Shown in pieces: positions 19,752-28,733 of a stretch of 64,000 bases of DNA; within the stretch, counting starts at the first letter, position 1; each line of letters starts with the position of its first letter. The notes beneath the pieces are model-generated. The model was not told the origin of the DNA. It ran no database searches and worked only from the letters and a program-made list of their open reading frames with translations. Source of the stretch: Minisyncoccota bacterium (lineage in GTDB: Bacteria > Patescibacteriota > Minisyncoccia > Phycocordibacterales > JAQTLZ01). Location of the stretch: the NCBI GenBank assembly GCA_028711065.1, contig JAQTSY010000003.1, forward strand, positions 1,136-65,135, in the 5' to 3' direction. A program made the translations under genes and the position numbers.

Positions 19752-20330
19752 ATGAGTAGCGCGAGCACAGGAGGAAGCAAGATACAGCCGGGCGGGCTTC
19801 TCCTCATCGTTGTTGCAATTCTGATACCGTCCATTTTGCTAGTGAGCGTCGTCCACGACGCGGAAGAGAAGGGATACAAGCCGAAGGAGCTGGAGTCGTA
19901 TTCTGGCTCCGGCAAGGCCGAAGAACCGACCAAGGCCCCGGCCGTTACGCCGAAAGGTACGGGGACTCCCATCGCGCCAGCGGAAGCGCCACCCGCAGTT
20001 ATAGTTCGAAGAGAGCTCAAGCCGACCGGCCCGAAAGGTCCGGAAGAGATGGAGCCGATTCCGGTAGAAGCGGGTAGCGAAAGTGAAATACTTCCTATCT
20101 CTACAAACGCAACCCTATTTCGAATCCACCTCGACCGGCGCTCGGACGAACACCATTTCTTCATCGTGTCATACGACGCGAAATTGAAGAATGGAAAATG
20201 GGTCCCAAATCTCGACACTCGCGCGGAGCACGATGCTACGAATGAGTGTGTCGGCACTTTCCCCTTCGTGCAGTTTGTAAACAGGGGGAATGGGGGCGCC
20301 ATGGCTGGTTGGAGAAAGCGAATGGACTGA
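19752..20330 (+). CDS. Membrane-anchored protein with a Pro/Ala-rich linker and a C-terminal globular domain, island gene 3.
   Basis: AAGGAG ribosome-binding site 7 nt upstream of the start. Transmembrane helix LLLIVVAILIPSILLVSVV. Confidence 0.45.
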   Translation: MSSASTGGSKIQPGGLLLIVVAILIPSILLVSVVHDAEEKGYKPKELESYSGSGKAEEPTKAPAVTPKGTGTPIAPAEAPPAVIVRRELKPTGPKGPEEMEPIPVEAGSESEILPISTNATLFRIHLDRRSDEHHFFIVSYDAKLKNGKWVPNLDTRAEHDATNECVGTFPFVQFVNRGNGGAMAGWRKRMD

Positions 20331-20349
20331 TAGAATAGCGGGTTATAAT

Positions 20350-20379
20350 GGCTGAAAGAACAAATGGTTTCTTTCAGCC
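20350..20379 (+). terminator. Hairpin ggctgaaagaa-caaatggt-ttctttcagcc (alternative pairing gaacaaatgg/ccatttgttc) ending the island operon.
   Basis: Seen in the sequence. Confidence 0.5.
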
Positions 20380-20413
20380 ATTTGTTCTGTCAATTTTCTA
20401 AAAAAACACTGCC

Positions 20414-20650
20414 TTATGATCCTAAAAGGGTACGAGCGATGAAATTTTTAATAACAATTGCAGCAGTCATAATAAAAAGTCCGATAAGTCCCCACATTAT
20501 ATGCTGGGCACCGGCTTTTCGAGCCTCTTCATCATCAGATTTCCAGATAAATTGAATAACACCGTATACAAAAATAACCACCGCCACGCCAAAAAGAAGT
20601 GTGATGAGAGGATTCAAGACGACCGTTTCCAATTTGCCGATTAAATTCAT
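20414..20650 (-). CDS. VirB2/TrbC-like (type IV secretion, T4SS) pilin-like small protein, paralogue 1.
   Basis: Two hydrophobic helices separated by GVIQFIWKSDDEEARKAGAQHIMWGLIG, the family-typical loop. The ORF-track start is TTG; the internal ATG was chosen as the start. Confidence 0.5.
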   Translation of the reverse strand: MNLIGKLETVVLNPLITLLFGVAVVIFVYGVIQFIWKSDDEEARKAGAQHIMWGLIGLFIMTAAIVIKNFIARTLLGS

Positions 20651-20701
20651 AGGAGAAAAACGGAGAAAAGAGCTCGTTGGCGAGCTCTTTCTTTTCAATT
20701 A

Positions 20702-21034
20702 TTAGCGAGGAAGAAGATTCGGAACGTTATTTGCCTGATTCAACTGAAGAGAATCTCGGAGAAGGTTTACTAAGCCCCAAACAGAAACCATAACGAAAAT
20801 AGCAATAATACCGTAAATCATTGTGTTTCGTCCCGCTGATCGCTTCTCTTCGTCTCCTCCAGCCAGAATGTATGTAAGGACTCCGTAAAGAAAGAGTACA
20901 ACCGCTGCAGAAATAAAGAGCGGTACAAGTTTGGTAAGGATATTTTGGGCAAAGTTAATGAGACCATCAATGCCAGCTGCAAATGCAAGCATTGGAAGTG
21001 CCCAGGCTGATGCAATAATAAGAGTTTTTTTCAT
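20702..21034 (-). CDS. VirB2/TrbC-like pilin-like protein, paralogue 2, with a cleavable signal peptide.
   Basis: Signal peptide MKKTLIIASAWALPMLAFAAG, then LYGVLTYILAGGDEEKRSAGRNTMIYGIIAIFVMV. Confidence 0.6.
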   Translation of the reverse strand: MKKTLIIASAWALPMLAFAAGIDGLINFAQNILTKLVPLFISAAVVLFLYGVLTYILAGGDEEKRSAGRNTMIYGIIAIFVMVSVWGLVNLLRDSLQLNQANNVPNLLPR

Positions 21035-21138
21035 TGCTTAAAAAATAACTTAATAAATTGATAATAATACGTACTCTAATCGTAACAAACCAAGAAAAAT
21101 GAGCAAGAAAGACGTGTGGATACCAAAAAGCCTTTCTC

Positions 21139-21456
21139 TTAGCGACCTGGAGGGGTTAATTGGGGAACAATTGGATTGCTTCCTACCACACTGGTGCTAA
21201 TAATACCGACAAGCGCCCACAATGTTGTAATCACAGCCAGCCCTACAATTCCATAAGTAATGAAACGTATCCCCTCTTTTCGCTTCTCTTCGTCTCCGCC
21301 TGAATAAATATAGCGAAGCACGCCGTAGAGAAAACCTATGACCGCAAGGCCAACAAGAAGAGGGATCACGCTGCCCAAATAGCTATTCAAACATCGGACG
21401 AGAGCGCTAAAGTCAGGGGTGCATACGGCGGCGGCAAGATTTTGTGAAGGAATCAT
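21139..21456 (-). CDS. VirB2/TrbC-like pilin-like protein, paralogue 3.
   Basis: CTPDFSALVRC cysteine pair, then LYGVLRYIYSGGDEEKRKEGIRFITYGIVGLAVI. Confidence 0.6.
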   Translation of the reverse strand: MIPSQNLAAAVCTPDFSALVRCLNSYLGSVIPLLVGLAVIGFLYGVLRYIYSGGDEEKRKEGIRFITYGIVGLAVITTLWALVGIISTSVVGSNPIVPQLTPPGR

Positions 21457-21483
21457 AGAGATAGATAAATTATATTATTAAAA

Positions 21484-22650
21484 TTATTTTAATTGATTAA
21501 TAGTATTGGTAATAATACTGGAAAGCACTGTTGCCCCGAGAAGCACTCCCGCCCCAATCACAGTCCAGAGAAATGCTCTTTTGGCAGTCTCAAGTTCCTC
21601 GCTATTGCCTTGAGCTTTCACGAAGAGAAACCCGGTATATATGATGGCAAGTACAACAAGTATTCCTCCAAGCTGTTCAACTACCTTCAGAACTTTGGTA
21701 AAAAATGTATAAAGGTCGCACGTGCTACCGAGAGGATTCGGGAGTCCCCCGCCACCATTACAACTGCCCCCGCCACCTTTAGGAGTCAGATCAATACCAT
21801 CCCCAGCCTTGGGAAACAGATCAGCGCCGGGATCCGCGGGTGGGTTTGGATTGGTGGCAGGTGTCGGAGATGTTTGGCTACAATCCTTAGCTTGCAACTC
21901 TGACATTTTGGACTGAACAAGGTTGCGGGAATCTTGAAGTTGCGCGACTTCTACAAGAGCGATTTCATTAGCCTTATTTATATTATCTGGGTCGCTCGTA
22001 TCTGCTGCAAGAGCTTTTGCTTGTGCTGTTTTTGCGCTAATTTGAGAATCGATCGCCGAAAGAGCGTTTTGAATTTGCTGAATACTGTAAGCTTTATTTT
22101 CTTCGCAGGAACTACCCGCCCCCGTGCCAGCGCCAGCAGGAATTTGATCCAATATTGAAAGGGGTAAATCGATACCAGTATCGCCGTAACTACCCGAAAC
22201 ACCCCCGATTCCTAAATTAAACAAAGACCCTGATGGAAAATCTGCTGAAGGTGTCTTCGAAGTATACGGAAGAAGCTTTCTATTTATTGTAGTGATATCG
22301 GTAGCGGTGCATTGACGACACAGGCCTCCAGATACTCCTGAATTATTGATATAGCCCGTACATGCAGCATTTGATGGGAAAGCATTCACCGCTTTTTTAT
22401 CTTTACCCACAGCACACCACACAGTACACGTACCGCAAATATTCCAGGAGGATTGTCTGCCTTGGGTACAAGCCGGACCCGAAGAAAAAACATGGACTAC
22501 ATTATTGGAATCTTTTGAACACCATGTCGCTGCGGAGGCGGAAGAAGGAACAGCTCCCAAGATCAAAAGCAAGGCTACGACAGAGAGAAAACCGAAAACA
22601 AAAAATGATGTATGCGCGTAGGCGTCTTTTCCTTTTTTAATAATAGACAT
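21484..22650 (-). CDS. Pilin-like protein, paralogue 4. Large Cys/Gly-rich extracellular N-terminal region fused to a C-terminal VirB2-like pilin module.
   Basis: C-terminus IYTGFLFVKAQGNSEELETAKRAFLWTVIGAGVLL matches the paralogue motif. N-terminal signal or transmembrane segment. Confidence 0.55.
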   Translation of the reverse strand: MSIIKKGKDAYAHTSFFVFGFLSVVALLLILGAVPSSASAATWCSKDSNNVVHVFSSGPACTQGRQSSWNICGTCTVWCAVGKDKKAVNAFPSNAACTGYINNSGVSGGLCRQCTATDITTINRKLLPYTSKTPSADFPSGSLFNLGIGGVSGSYGDTGIDLPLSILDQIPAGAGTGAGSSCEENKAYSIQQIQNALSAIDSQISAKTAQAKALAADTSDPDNINKANEIALVEVAQLQDSRNLVQSKMSELQAKDCSQTSPTPATNPNPPADPGADLFPKAGDGIDLTPKGGGGSCNGGGGLPNPLGSTCDLYTFFTKVLKVVEQLGGILVVLAIIYTGFLFVKAQGNSEELETAKRAFLWTVIGAGVLLGATVLSSIITNTINQLK

Positions 22651-22661
22651 TTTAAAAAAAA

Positions 22662-23540
22662 TTATCCCAGCAAGTTAAAACTTTTATCAACAAGAGAAGT
22701 AAGTATCGTATTCACCAGAAGCCACGCACAAAGCATGATGATAATTCCTACCAGTACACTCCAAAATATATGATGCGCCTCTTCTATTTTCCCAGGATTC
22801 CCTCCTGCGGTCAAATAGAGAAATCCGGCAAAAAAGAGAGAAATGGCCGCAATTGGAACCGCAACCCAAAGAAGAAACTTGATAATACTGGATACAAGAT
22901 CGATAAATTTCTTGTACCCGCAGCTATTAGCACTACCATCTGTAACTGAACCATCACATTCAGGAACAATGCCTTTGTGAGAAGTAAGTACAGCTGTCGG
23001 AGGAGTTGCCGCTGGATTTACTTTTTTCACGTTTTTGACAGGGGTTGCGACAGGGAGACCCTTTTTACAACTTTGACCAACCGGAAGATTATCAGCACAA
23101 GATATCACATTTGCATAAGGACCGCTCACAGGCTTATCTGTACTGTCATATCTGTACCAATCATAGGTACTGGAAGAGTTAGAACCCGGAAGGCCTTTAT
23201 TGCAAGTTTGGCCGGCTTGAAGATCTCGCTGACACTGAATCTGATTATTATAGGGACCCGCAAAAGAATTACCGAGACTATCGTAAATATACCAATCTTC
23301 ACTTGGCGGAGGAGTTCCGGGTTTGCAACTTTCGCCATCTGAAAGTGCGTCACTACAAGAGATAACATCGCTGTAGGGCCCTGCAATGGCAGATCCCGTA
23401 TCGTCGTAGATATACCATTCATCAGCAAATACTTTCTGTATCTGAAAAAAGAAAAGACCATAGAGCAGGAAAATAAATGCGCATACGGAAAAAAGTTGGC
23501 TTGTTTTTTTCGTAAAGGCAATTTTTTTGTCCTTCATCAT
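22662..23540 (-). CDS. Pilin-like protein, paralogue 5. Three tandem ~40-aa DWYxYD...GPY...C...C repeats fused to a C-terminal VirB2-like pilin module.
   Basis: Repeats DEWYIYDDTGSAIAGPY..., DWYIYDSLGNSFAGPY..., DWYRYDSTDKPVSGPY.... C-terminus FFAGFLYLTAGGNPGKIEEAHHIFWSVLVGIIIML. Confidence 0.55.
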   Translation of the reverse strand: MMKDKKIAFTKKTSQLFSVCAFIFLLYGLFFFQIQKVFADEWYIYDDTGSAIAGPYSDVISCSDALSDGESCKPGTPPPSEDWYIYDSLGNSFAGPYNNQIQCQRDLQAGQTCNKGLPGSNSSSTYDWYRYDSTDKPVSGPYANVISCADNLPVGQSCKKGLPVATPVKNVKKVNPAATPPTAVLTSHKGIVPECDGSVTDGSANSCGYKKFIDLVSSIIKFLLWVAVPIAAISLFFAGFLYLTAGGNPGKIEEAHHIFWSVLVGIIIMLCAWLLVNTILTSLVDKSFNLLG

Positions 23541-23549
23541 TGCTGAAAA

Positions 23550-24824
23550 TTATTGATTGAATAAGAGTCCTATTTCCTGACTGGACTGGCCGATTGCATC
23601 AGAATATTTTTCCTGTCCCGAAGAAACTGTCTCAATCATACGCTGGAAGATACTCTTTGTCTCTGTGGGGTTTGGATCAAACCAGGCTTTTGAGCGCAGT
23701 GCTGAGGTGTAAAGAACTGGACTCAAAGGATCCTGCGGAGGGGTCGCGAGAAGATCAAGCCGCACAGGAGGAAGACCGCTCACGTCCGTGAAATTTTTGA
23801 TCACATCTCCCGACGTAAGATAGGTCACCATCGAAAGAGCGCTTGCATAATTCGGCGATGTCTTCAAAATCGCGAGCCCCAACATTTTCCCAAATGTGAG
23901 AGTGACTTTCGTGTCTTTTGGTTGCGGCATAAGAGCAATATCGAGATTCAAATTCGGATTTTCTTGACGGAGTTTGGGAAGTTCTGATGCAAAACCGAAA
24001 TAGACCGCGAGCTTCCCCGAGGAAAAAGAGTGGAAAGAAAGGGGCAACGAGCGGTTCCATGTATAAGCTTCATTCGTCGGATTGCCAAATTGAGCATAGA
24101 AACGAAGGCCATCTTCTGCAGAATTCCCTTCTGAATCCAGAACGGCATTCCAGCCAATTTCGTCTTTTTGCGTGATTGGATTTCCAGACTGAAGAAGAAG
24201 TGTCGCGAGAATTTCTTTTGCATTTGAGACATTTCTAAACTCGCCCATCGCTGTCGCGCTTTGAAGTATGACGGATGCATCATTTTTCTTAGTGAGCGTT
24301 TTTACAAACTTCACAAAATCAGTCCAATTTTTCGGCGGAGCAACGACCGAAGCATTTGTTAAAAGATCCCGATTCCAATACATAACGAGCGGATCAATAA
24401 CAAAAGGCAGGGCCAAAATTCCGTCTGGAGTTATATACATATTCCCCTCTTGTATAAATGTGTCCTGAAACTGCCTTTGACTAAGCGCGGTGAACGGAAT
24501 TTGAGCGATTTTTTCGGAATGTCGAAAGATTTTATCTTGGGCCAAAAGAAAAACATCGGGTCCGTGACCTGTAGCGATCGCTTCAGCAAGTTGAGTATCG
24601 AATGTCGCTTCATCTTTCTCAACGTACGTAAGCTTCAACTCGTCCTGTTTGCCTGCATTCAAGTTGGTAAGAAGAGCATTGAATGTCGCTTGAGGAACTG
24701 TGCCCCAGATGGTAATGGGAGCAGTTGCGCTTCCGTCCGGTGCTTTCACAATCGCAAACGTAATGACGCCAACGATGGCAAAGAAAATCAGAATTCCAAT
24801 AAAGACAATTTGAAAATTCGACAT
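23550..24824 (-). CDS. Extracellular solute-binding protein, family 1 (MalE-like), membrane-anchored; no adjacent permease.
   Basis: ITIWGT...KLTYVEKDEATF...GHGPDVFLLAQD pattern typical of SBP_bac_1. Confidence 0.65.
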   Translation of the reverse strand: MSNFQIVFIGILIFFAIVGVITFAIVKAPDGSATAPITIWGTVPQATFNALLTNLNAGKQDELKLTYVEKDEATFDTQLAEAIATGHGPDVFLLAQDKIFRHSEKIAQIPFTALSQRQFQDTFIQEGNMYITPDGILALPFVIDPLVMYWNRDLLTNASVVAPPKNWTDFVKFVKTLTKKNDASVILQSATAMGEFRNVSNAKEILATLLLQSGNPITQKDEIGWNAVLDSEGNSAEDGLRFYAQFGNPTNEAYTWNRSLPLSFHSFSSGKLAVYFGFASELPKLRQENPNLNLDIALMPQPKDTKVTLTFGKMLGLAILKTSPNYASALSMVTYLTSGDVIKNFTDVSGLPPVRLDLLATPPQDPLSPVLYTSALRSKAWFDPNPTETKSIFQRMIETVSSGQEKYSDAIGQSSQEIGLLFNQ

Positions 24825-24826
24825 AA

Positions 24827-25357
24827 TTATGGCTTTTTAAAAATGAACCCGTAGTGATGATCCCCTGCCCTGATCTGAGTCTGAAATACAAACCCGGCCT
24901 TCTCAAAAAGTGCTCTGGCTTTCACTGCAGGGAAAATAGTGTCGAACGAAGGACCCATGCCCCCAAATGAATCTGTCCAATCAATCACCAGCGCTCGGCC
25001 GCCCGATTTTAAAATTCTTTTTGCCTCCGAAAGGACAGCTTCTTTTGCGGCAGTCTGGAAGAGAATATTTGAAATCACAACACCATCAACAGAATCTGCT
25101 CTCAAATGCGTACCCCCTGGTTTTTCCACGTCCGCCCAAACGATCTCTATGTTTGTGAGATTTCGCTTTCCTCCTTCAGTTTTAATTTTCGAAAGCAGAT
25201 CTTTCTGGACATCAATCGCGTAGACTTTCCCCGCACCGCCGACAGCTTTTGCAATTTCAAAAGCATAAAAGCCGGTACCCGCACCAAAATCCGCGACTCT
25301 TGCTCCAGATTGAAGTCCGAATTGTTGTATATTGTGTTCTGGGTCTGTAAAGGCCAT
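24827..25357 (-). CDS. Class I SAM-dependent methyltransferase.
   Basis: VADFGAGTGFYAFEIA (motif I) and KVYAIDVQKDLL. Confidence 0.75.
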   Translation of the reverse strand: MAFTDPEHNIQQFGLQSGARVADFGAGTGFYAFEIAKAVGGAGKVYAIDVQKDLLSKIKTEGGKRNLTNIEIVWADVEKPGGTHLRADSVDGVVISNILFQTAAKEAVLSEAKRILKSGGRALVIDWTDSFGGMGPSFDTIFPAVKARALFEKAGFVFQTQIRAGDHHYGFIFKKP

Positions 25358-25501
25358 AGAAATGAATCCTTTACAGTATACAACAAAACAAAAGTGAAAG
25401 ACTGGTGGGGCTGGGGAAAAAGAAATGAGTTCGGAGCAACAAAAAACCGCTCGACCGAGCGGTTTTTTGTTGCTAATAATTCTAAGAGATTTGTCCTTTA
25501 A

Positions 25502-27931
25502 CTAGTGAAGAGGACAATTCTCTGGAGCAGTGAATCGAGCCGCGAGATCGCTGTATGCGCTGTCTGTGCCCGGAACCGCTGCGTTAAACGCGTCGATAAT
25601 CTGTTGAGTAGTGAAGCCTGTCGTGAGTCCAGCTGAAGTGTTGAGGAGAGCGTTGACTGTTGCTCGAGCGAGTTGATTGATTCCCCCGCCGTTTGCCTCA
25701 AGCGCTTGCTGGAGCGTAGGGTTTGCTACTGGAGCAGGCTTGCCTTTTGCACTCCACATAATTGAGATCTGTTCGAAGACACTACTAAACAACTGACTTG
25801 GAGTGTATCCGACCCAACTTGCTGGATGATTCTTCCAATATCCTGGAGAACAATACTGCAAGACTGGTGCTTTCGTGTTGGTGATTGTACAAGTCTTTGT
25901 CTCTCCTGGTCCTACTGCAACATCCGTACAAGTATTTCCAGTCTGATTCCATCCTGATGGAACAGTTTCAGTTACTGAATAGGTGCCTGGAGTTACTTCA
26001 TAGTCTTTGTTATTTGCGTCAGTTACCGTACCCGCTCCACCGCCAGTGATCGTTCCACTTCCTGTCGCGTTGATCGAGAAAGAAGTTGTATCACCGCTTG
26101 GGTCAGTTACTTTGTCTACAATAAGGTGGCCATTCTTTGTGTTCGTGAATGTACAGGTTACTGTCTGACCTGCGGCGAGAGTGATACTTGCTGGGGTATT
26201 TCCTTGACCATCACATGTTGCACTTGTTTGAACCCATCCTGATGGAAGAGTTTCAGAAACAGAATAAGTACCAGCGTTTAGAGTCTGGTCATTTGGTGCC
26301 GCAGCGTCAGTGAGAGAAAAGTTTGTGTATCCTGCACCTCCTGCGGTGAAATCAAAGCTTTGTGAGTCGCCAGAAGGATTAGTTACTTTGTCCACAATGA
26401 TGTGGCCCTGCGAAACTACCGTGAATGGCTCACACTGACCGTCTGCTGCCGAGTAGGTAGCATCACCATTATAGTGTGCTTTGAATCCATAACTACCTGC
26501 TGAAAGTGGTCCTTGGCTCGATGATGGATGAGCAACTCCGGAAACAAGCGGAATGCCTGAACCAGAGGCTGTCGCCTGACTATCGCAAGTGCTTGATGTG
26601 TAGAATGAGAAATCTACGGTTCCTGTTGGAGTCGGACCTGAACCTGAAACAGTTGCTTTATCATGAACTGTCACTGGACTCGTTACTGAACCACTCACTA
26701 CTGCCTCAGAAGCATTATGAACTTCAGTGGCTACTGATGGAGTGAGTTTGTTTACCGTAAGAAGTTCGCATGCTCCTTCGCTTGCATTGTACGTATCGCT
26801 TCCTGCATAGCTAGCTTTGTAAGACATCGCGGGAGCAGCTGCTGCAACTCCAGTTGTCTCTGCATGTCCTGTGCCATCGAGCGCTACTACTTGAGGAGCG
26901 CCATTTGTTGCTGTACATGCGCCGTCGCTGTAAAGCTGGAAGGAAACATTGCCAGTTGGAGTTCCTCCTGTACCAGTGACAGTTGCATTGTCATGCACCA
27001 TATCCCCGACTGTTGCGGAGGTGATGACTGCATGAGTAGCACTGTGAATATCAGTAGAAGTCTGGGAATCAAGTTTTGTTGCCGCTAATGGCTCGCATGC
27101 GCCATCTGCTGCTACATAATTGCCATCGCCATTATAGTGAGCTTTGTAAGAGAGACCTGTTGTTGGAACAGTTGTTGCGCTTGATTCTGCTACCCCCGCG
27201 ACGAGTGCTACGCCCGACTGTGTTGTTGGAGTCGCCTCACAAGTGGTATTTGGATAGAGATTAAAATTGACAGTGCCTGTAGGAACAGGGCCGCCAGTTT
27301 CGCCAGTAACCGTTGCTTGATCGTGTACAGAAGAACCGATTGGAGCTGAAGTGATAACACCATGATTTGCATCATGAACATTCGTAGTTACCGTCGGAGT
27401 GTGAACAACCTTCAGAATCTTTGATGCACCGAGTGTTGGGCCTGCTGTCTCATCAAGAGCGTCAGCATGAGATTTTCCTCCGCTGTAGCTTGTGATTGCA
27501 TCAATATGTCGCGTGGAATTCACAATTTCATTTGCATGATTGACTGTATAGGGAATGAGAGCTGAGCTAAGACTTGCAACTCCCGTACCGCCGATTCTTG
27601 GGACTGCGCCCAATGCATGAGAGACACCATCCGGTGTAGTGAGCGTCCACGTTCCGCCTTCAAATGCACAGTTCGGAGTAGGAAGTGCCGAAAGTGTTGC
27701 TTTATACTTAATAGCTTCACCATCAGACACTGTTCCTGATCCGATGTTTGTTGTTCCGTCAGAACGGAACGCGGCAACAGAAATTCCTCCGCCGTTATCG
27801 GTACAACCTGCTGGGTCAACATCTGCTCTTGCCGGAGTACCTGCAAAGGCGACTGCAAGCAAGAGACTCAAAACTGAAGCAGAAAGGATCTTGCCGAAAA
27901 TCGATCTTTTTTGCGTTGTTATTTTTTTCAT
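25502..27931 (-). CDS. Large secreted surface protein (809 aa) with four or more Ig-like repeats (VHDxATVxG...PTGTVxFxLY...C...Y.GD..Y), two prealbumin/SdrD-B-like GxYxVxET...C...TCTxTNT domains, and a C-terminal CSPGYWKNH region. Putative adhesin.
   Basis: Signal peptide. Internal repeat periodicity about 85-90 aa visible in the translation. Confidence 0.65.
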   Translation of the reverse strand: MKKITTQKRSIFGKILSASVLSLLLAVAFAGTPARADVDPAGCTDNGGGISVAAFRSDGTTNIGSGTVSDGEAIKYKATLSALPTPNCAFEGGTWTLTTPDGVSHALGAVPRIGGTGVASLSSALIPYTVNHANEIVNSTRHIDAITSYSGGKSHADALDETAGPTLGASKILKVVHTPTVTTNVHDANHGVITSAPIGSSVHDQATVTGETGGPVPTGTVNFNLYPNTTCEATPTTQSGVALVAGVAESSATTVPTTGLSYKAHYNGDGNYVAADGACEPLAATKLDSQTSTDIHSATHAVITSATVGDMVHDNATVTGTGGTPTGNVSFQLYSDGACTATNGAPQVVALDGTGHAETTGVAAAAPAMSYKASYAGSDTYNASEGACELLTVNKLTPSVATEVHNASEAVVSGSVTSPVTVHDKATVSGSGPTPTGTVDFSFYTSSTCDSQATASGSGIPLVSGVAHPSSSQGPLSAGSYGFKAHYNGDATYSAADGQCEPFTVVSQGHIIVDKVTNPSGDSQSFDFTAGGAGYTNFSLTDAAAPNDQTLNAGTYSVSETLPSGWVQTSATCDGQGNTPASITLAAGQTVTCTFTNTKNGHLIVDKVTDPSGDTTSFSINATGSGTITGGGAGTVTDANNKDYEVTPGTYSVTETVPSGWNQTGNTCTDVAVGPGETKTCTITNTKAPVLQYCSPGYWKNHPASWVGYTPSQLFSSVFEQISIMWSAKGKPAPVANPTLQQALEANGGGINQLARATVNALLNTSAGLTTGFTTQQIIDAFNAAVPGTDSAYSDLAARFTAPENCPLH

Positions 27932-28060
27932 ATTTTTGTTTTTATTCTTATAATTTAATTGTTAAAGAAAACCACTCTGCGTAAGTTTTCGACCTTGTCA
28001 TTGCTCTTTATTCTACCTTGCACTCTTTTTGATTGCACCGTTGATTTTTTAAAATATATA

Positions 28061-28077
28061 TTGTACAAGCTGTACAA
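28061..28077. promoter_or_regulatory. Near-perfect palindrome TTGTACA-agc-TGTACAA in the promoter region of the adhesin gene. Candidate operator.
   Basis: Seen in the sequence, about 130 bp upstream of the start at 27931. Confidence 0.3.
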
Positions 28078-28168
28078 TATGTATATAACCTGTGCATTTT
28101 GTGTGGATAAAAAAGCAATCATTCGACCTCTATAGTGACGCCACAGATTAATTCTTCTTACAAACGAA

Positions 28169-28199
28169 AGCCCCGCGAAGCCGAAGGCTTCGCGGGGCT
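28169..28199. terminator. Strong GC hairpin agccccgcgaagcc-gaa-ggcttcgcggggct ending the type IV pilus operon; possibly bidirectional.
   Basis: 14-bp perfect stem followed by an A/T tract. Confidence 0.7.
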
Positions 28200-28215
28200 T
28201 CAAAACTTCAAAAAT

Positions 28216-28707
28216 TTAGCGAGTAACAGTTATAACCTCGTTTAATTCTGCAAAGGGAGCGGAAACGGTAATTCTTGTCGTTGTAGCATCTTTTTGAACA
28301 GTATACCCGCTGTTATAGTCCGAAGCGGTCTTAAAATAAGCCTTGCTTGCATCGGGATCGATAGGCAACGAAGGAAAATAGGTCGGAACAAGACAAGCAT
28401 TGAGATCAATCGCATTCGATATCGCGGTGCTTGATGCGATTTTCCAAATAGTCGTGGTCGCGATGTCCTGGCCACAAGTAGAATCAGTTGCCAATCGAAA
28501 TACTCCTTTATTATCAGCGATCCTCTGGCCGATGGCATTTAAAATTTCATTTACATTGCTCTGACGCTGTAAATTTCTCGCTTGAGCAAATTGCCGAGAA
28601 GGATTAATAGCAATGAGAACAATACCCGCCAATATGGCGATTATTCCGATCACAACAAGCACTTCAACCAAAGTGAAGCCGCCTTTCCTTGCAATTTGAG
28701 TTTTCAT
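28216..28707 (-). CDS. Type IV pilin (major pilin candidate).
   Basis: Prepilin motif KGGFTLVEVLVVIGIIAILAGIV (G^FTLVE); size about 160 aa; C-terminal Cys pair. Confidence 0.8.
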   Translation of the reverse strand: MKTQIARKGGFTLVEVLVVIGIIAILAGIVLIAINPSRQFAQARNLQRQSNVNEILNAIGQRIADNKGVFRLATDSTCGQDIATTTIWKIASSTAISNAIDLNACLVPTYFPSLPIDPDASKAYFKTASDYNSGYTVQKDATTTRITVSAPFAELNEVITVTR

Positions 28708-28733
28708 AACAACTCCCCTATTCTGCCACATTT

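Noticed and set aside
20330-20420. An att site or tRNA-Leu 3'-end duplicate marking the far end of the GC-rich island.
   Set aside because: No match to the tRNA-Leu 3' sequence was found at the island boundary, and there is no integrase, so the island call rests on composition only.
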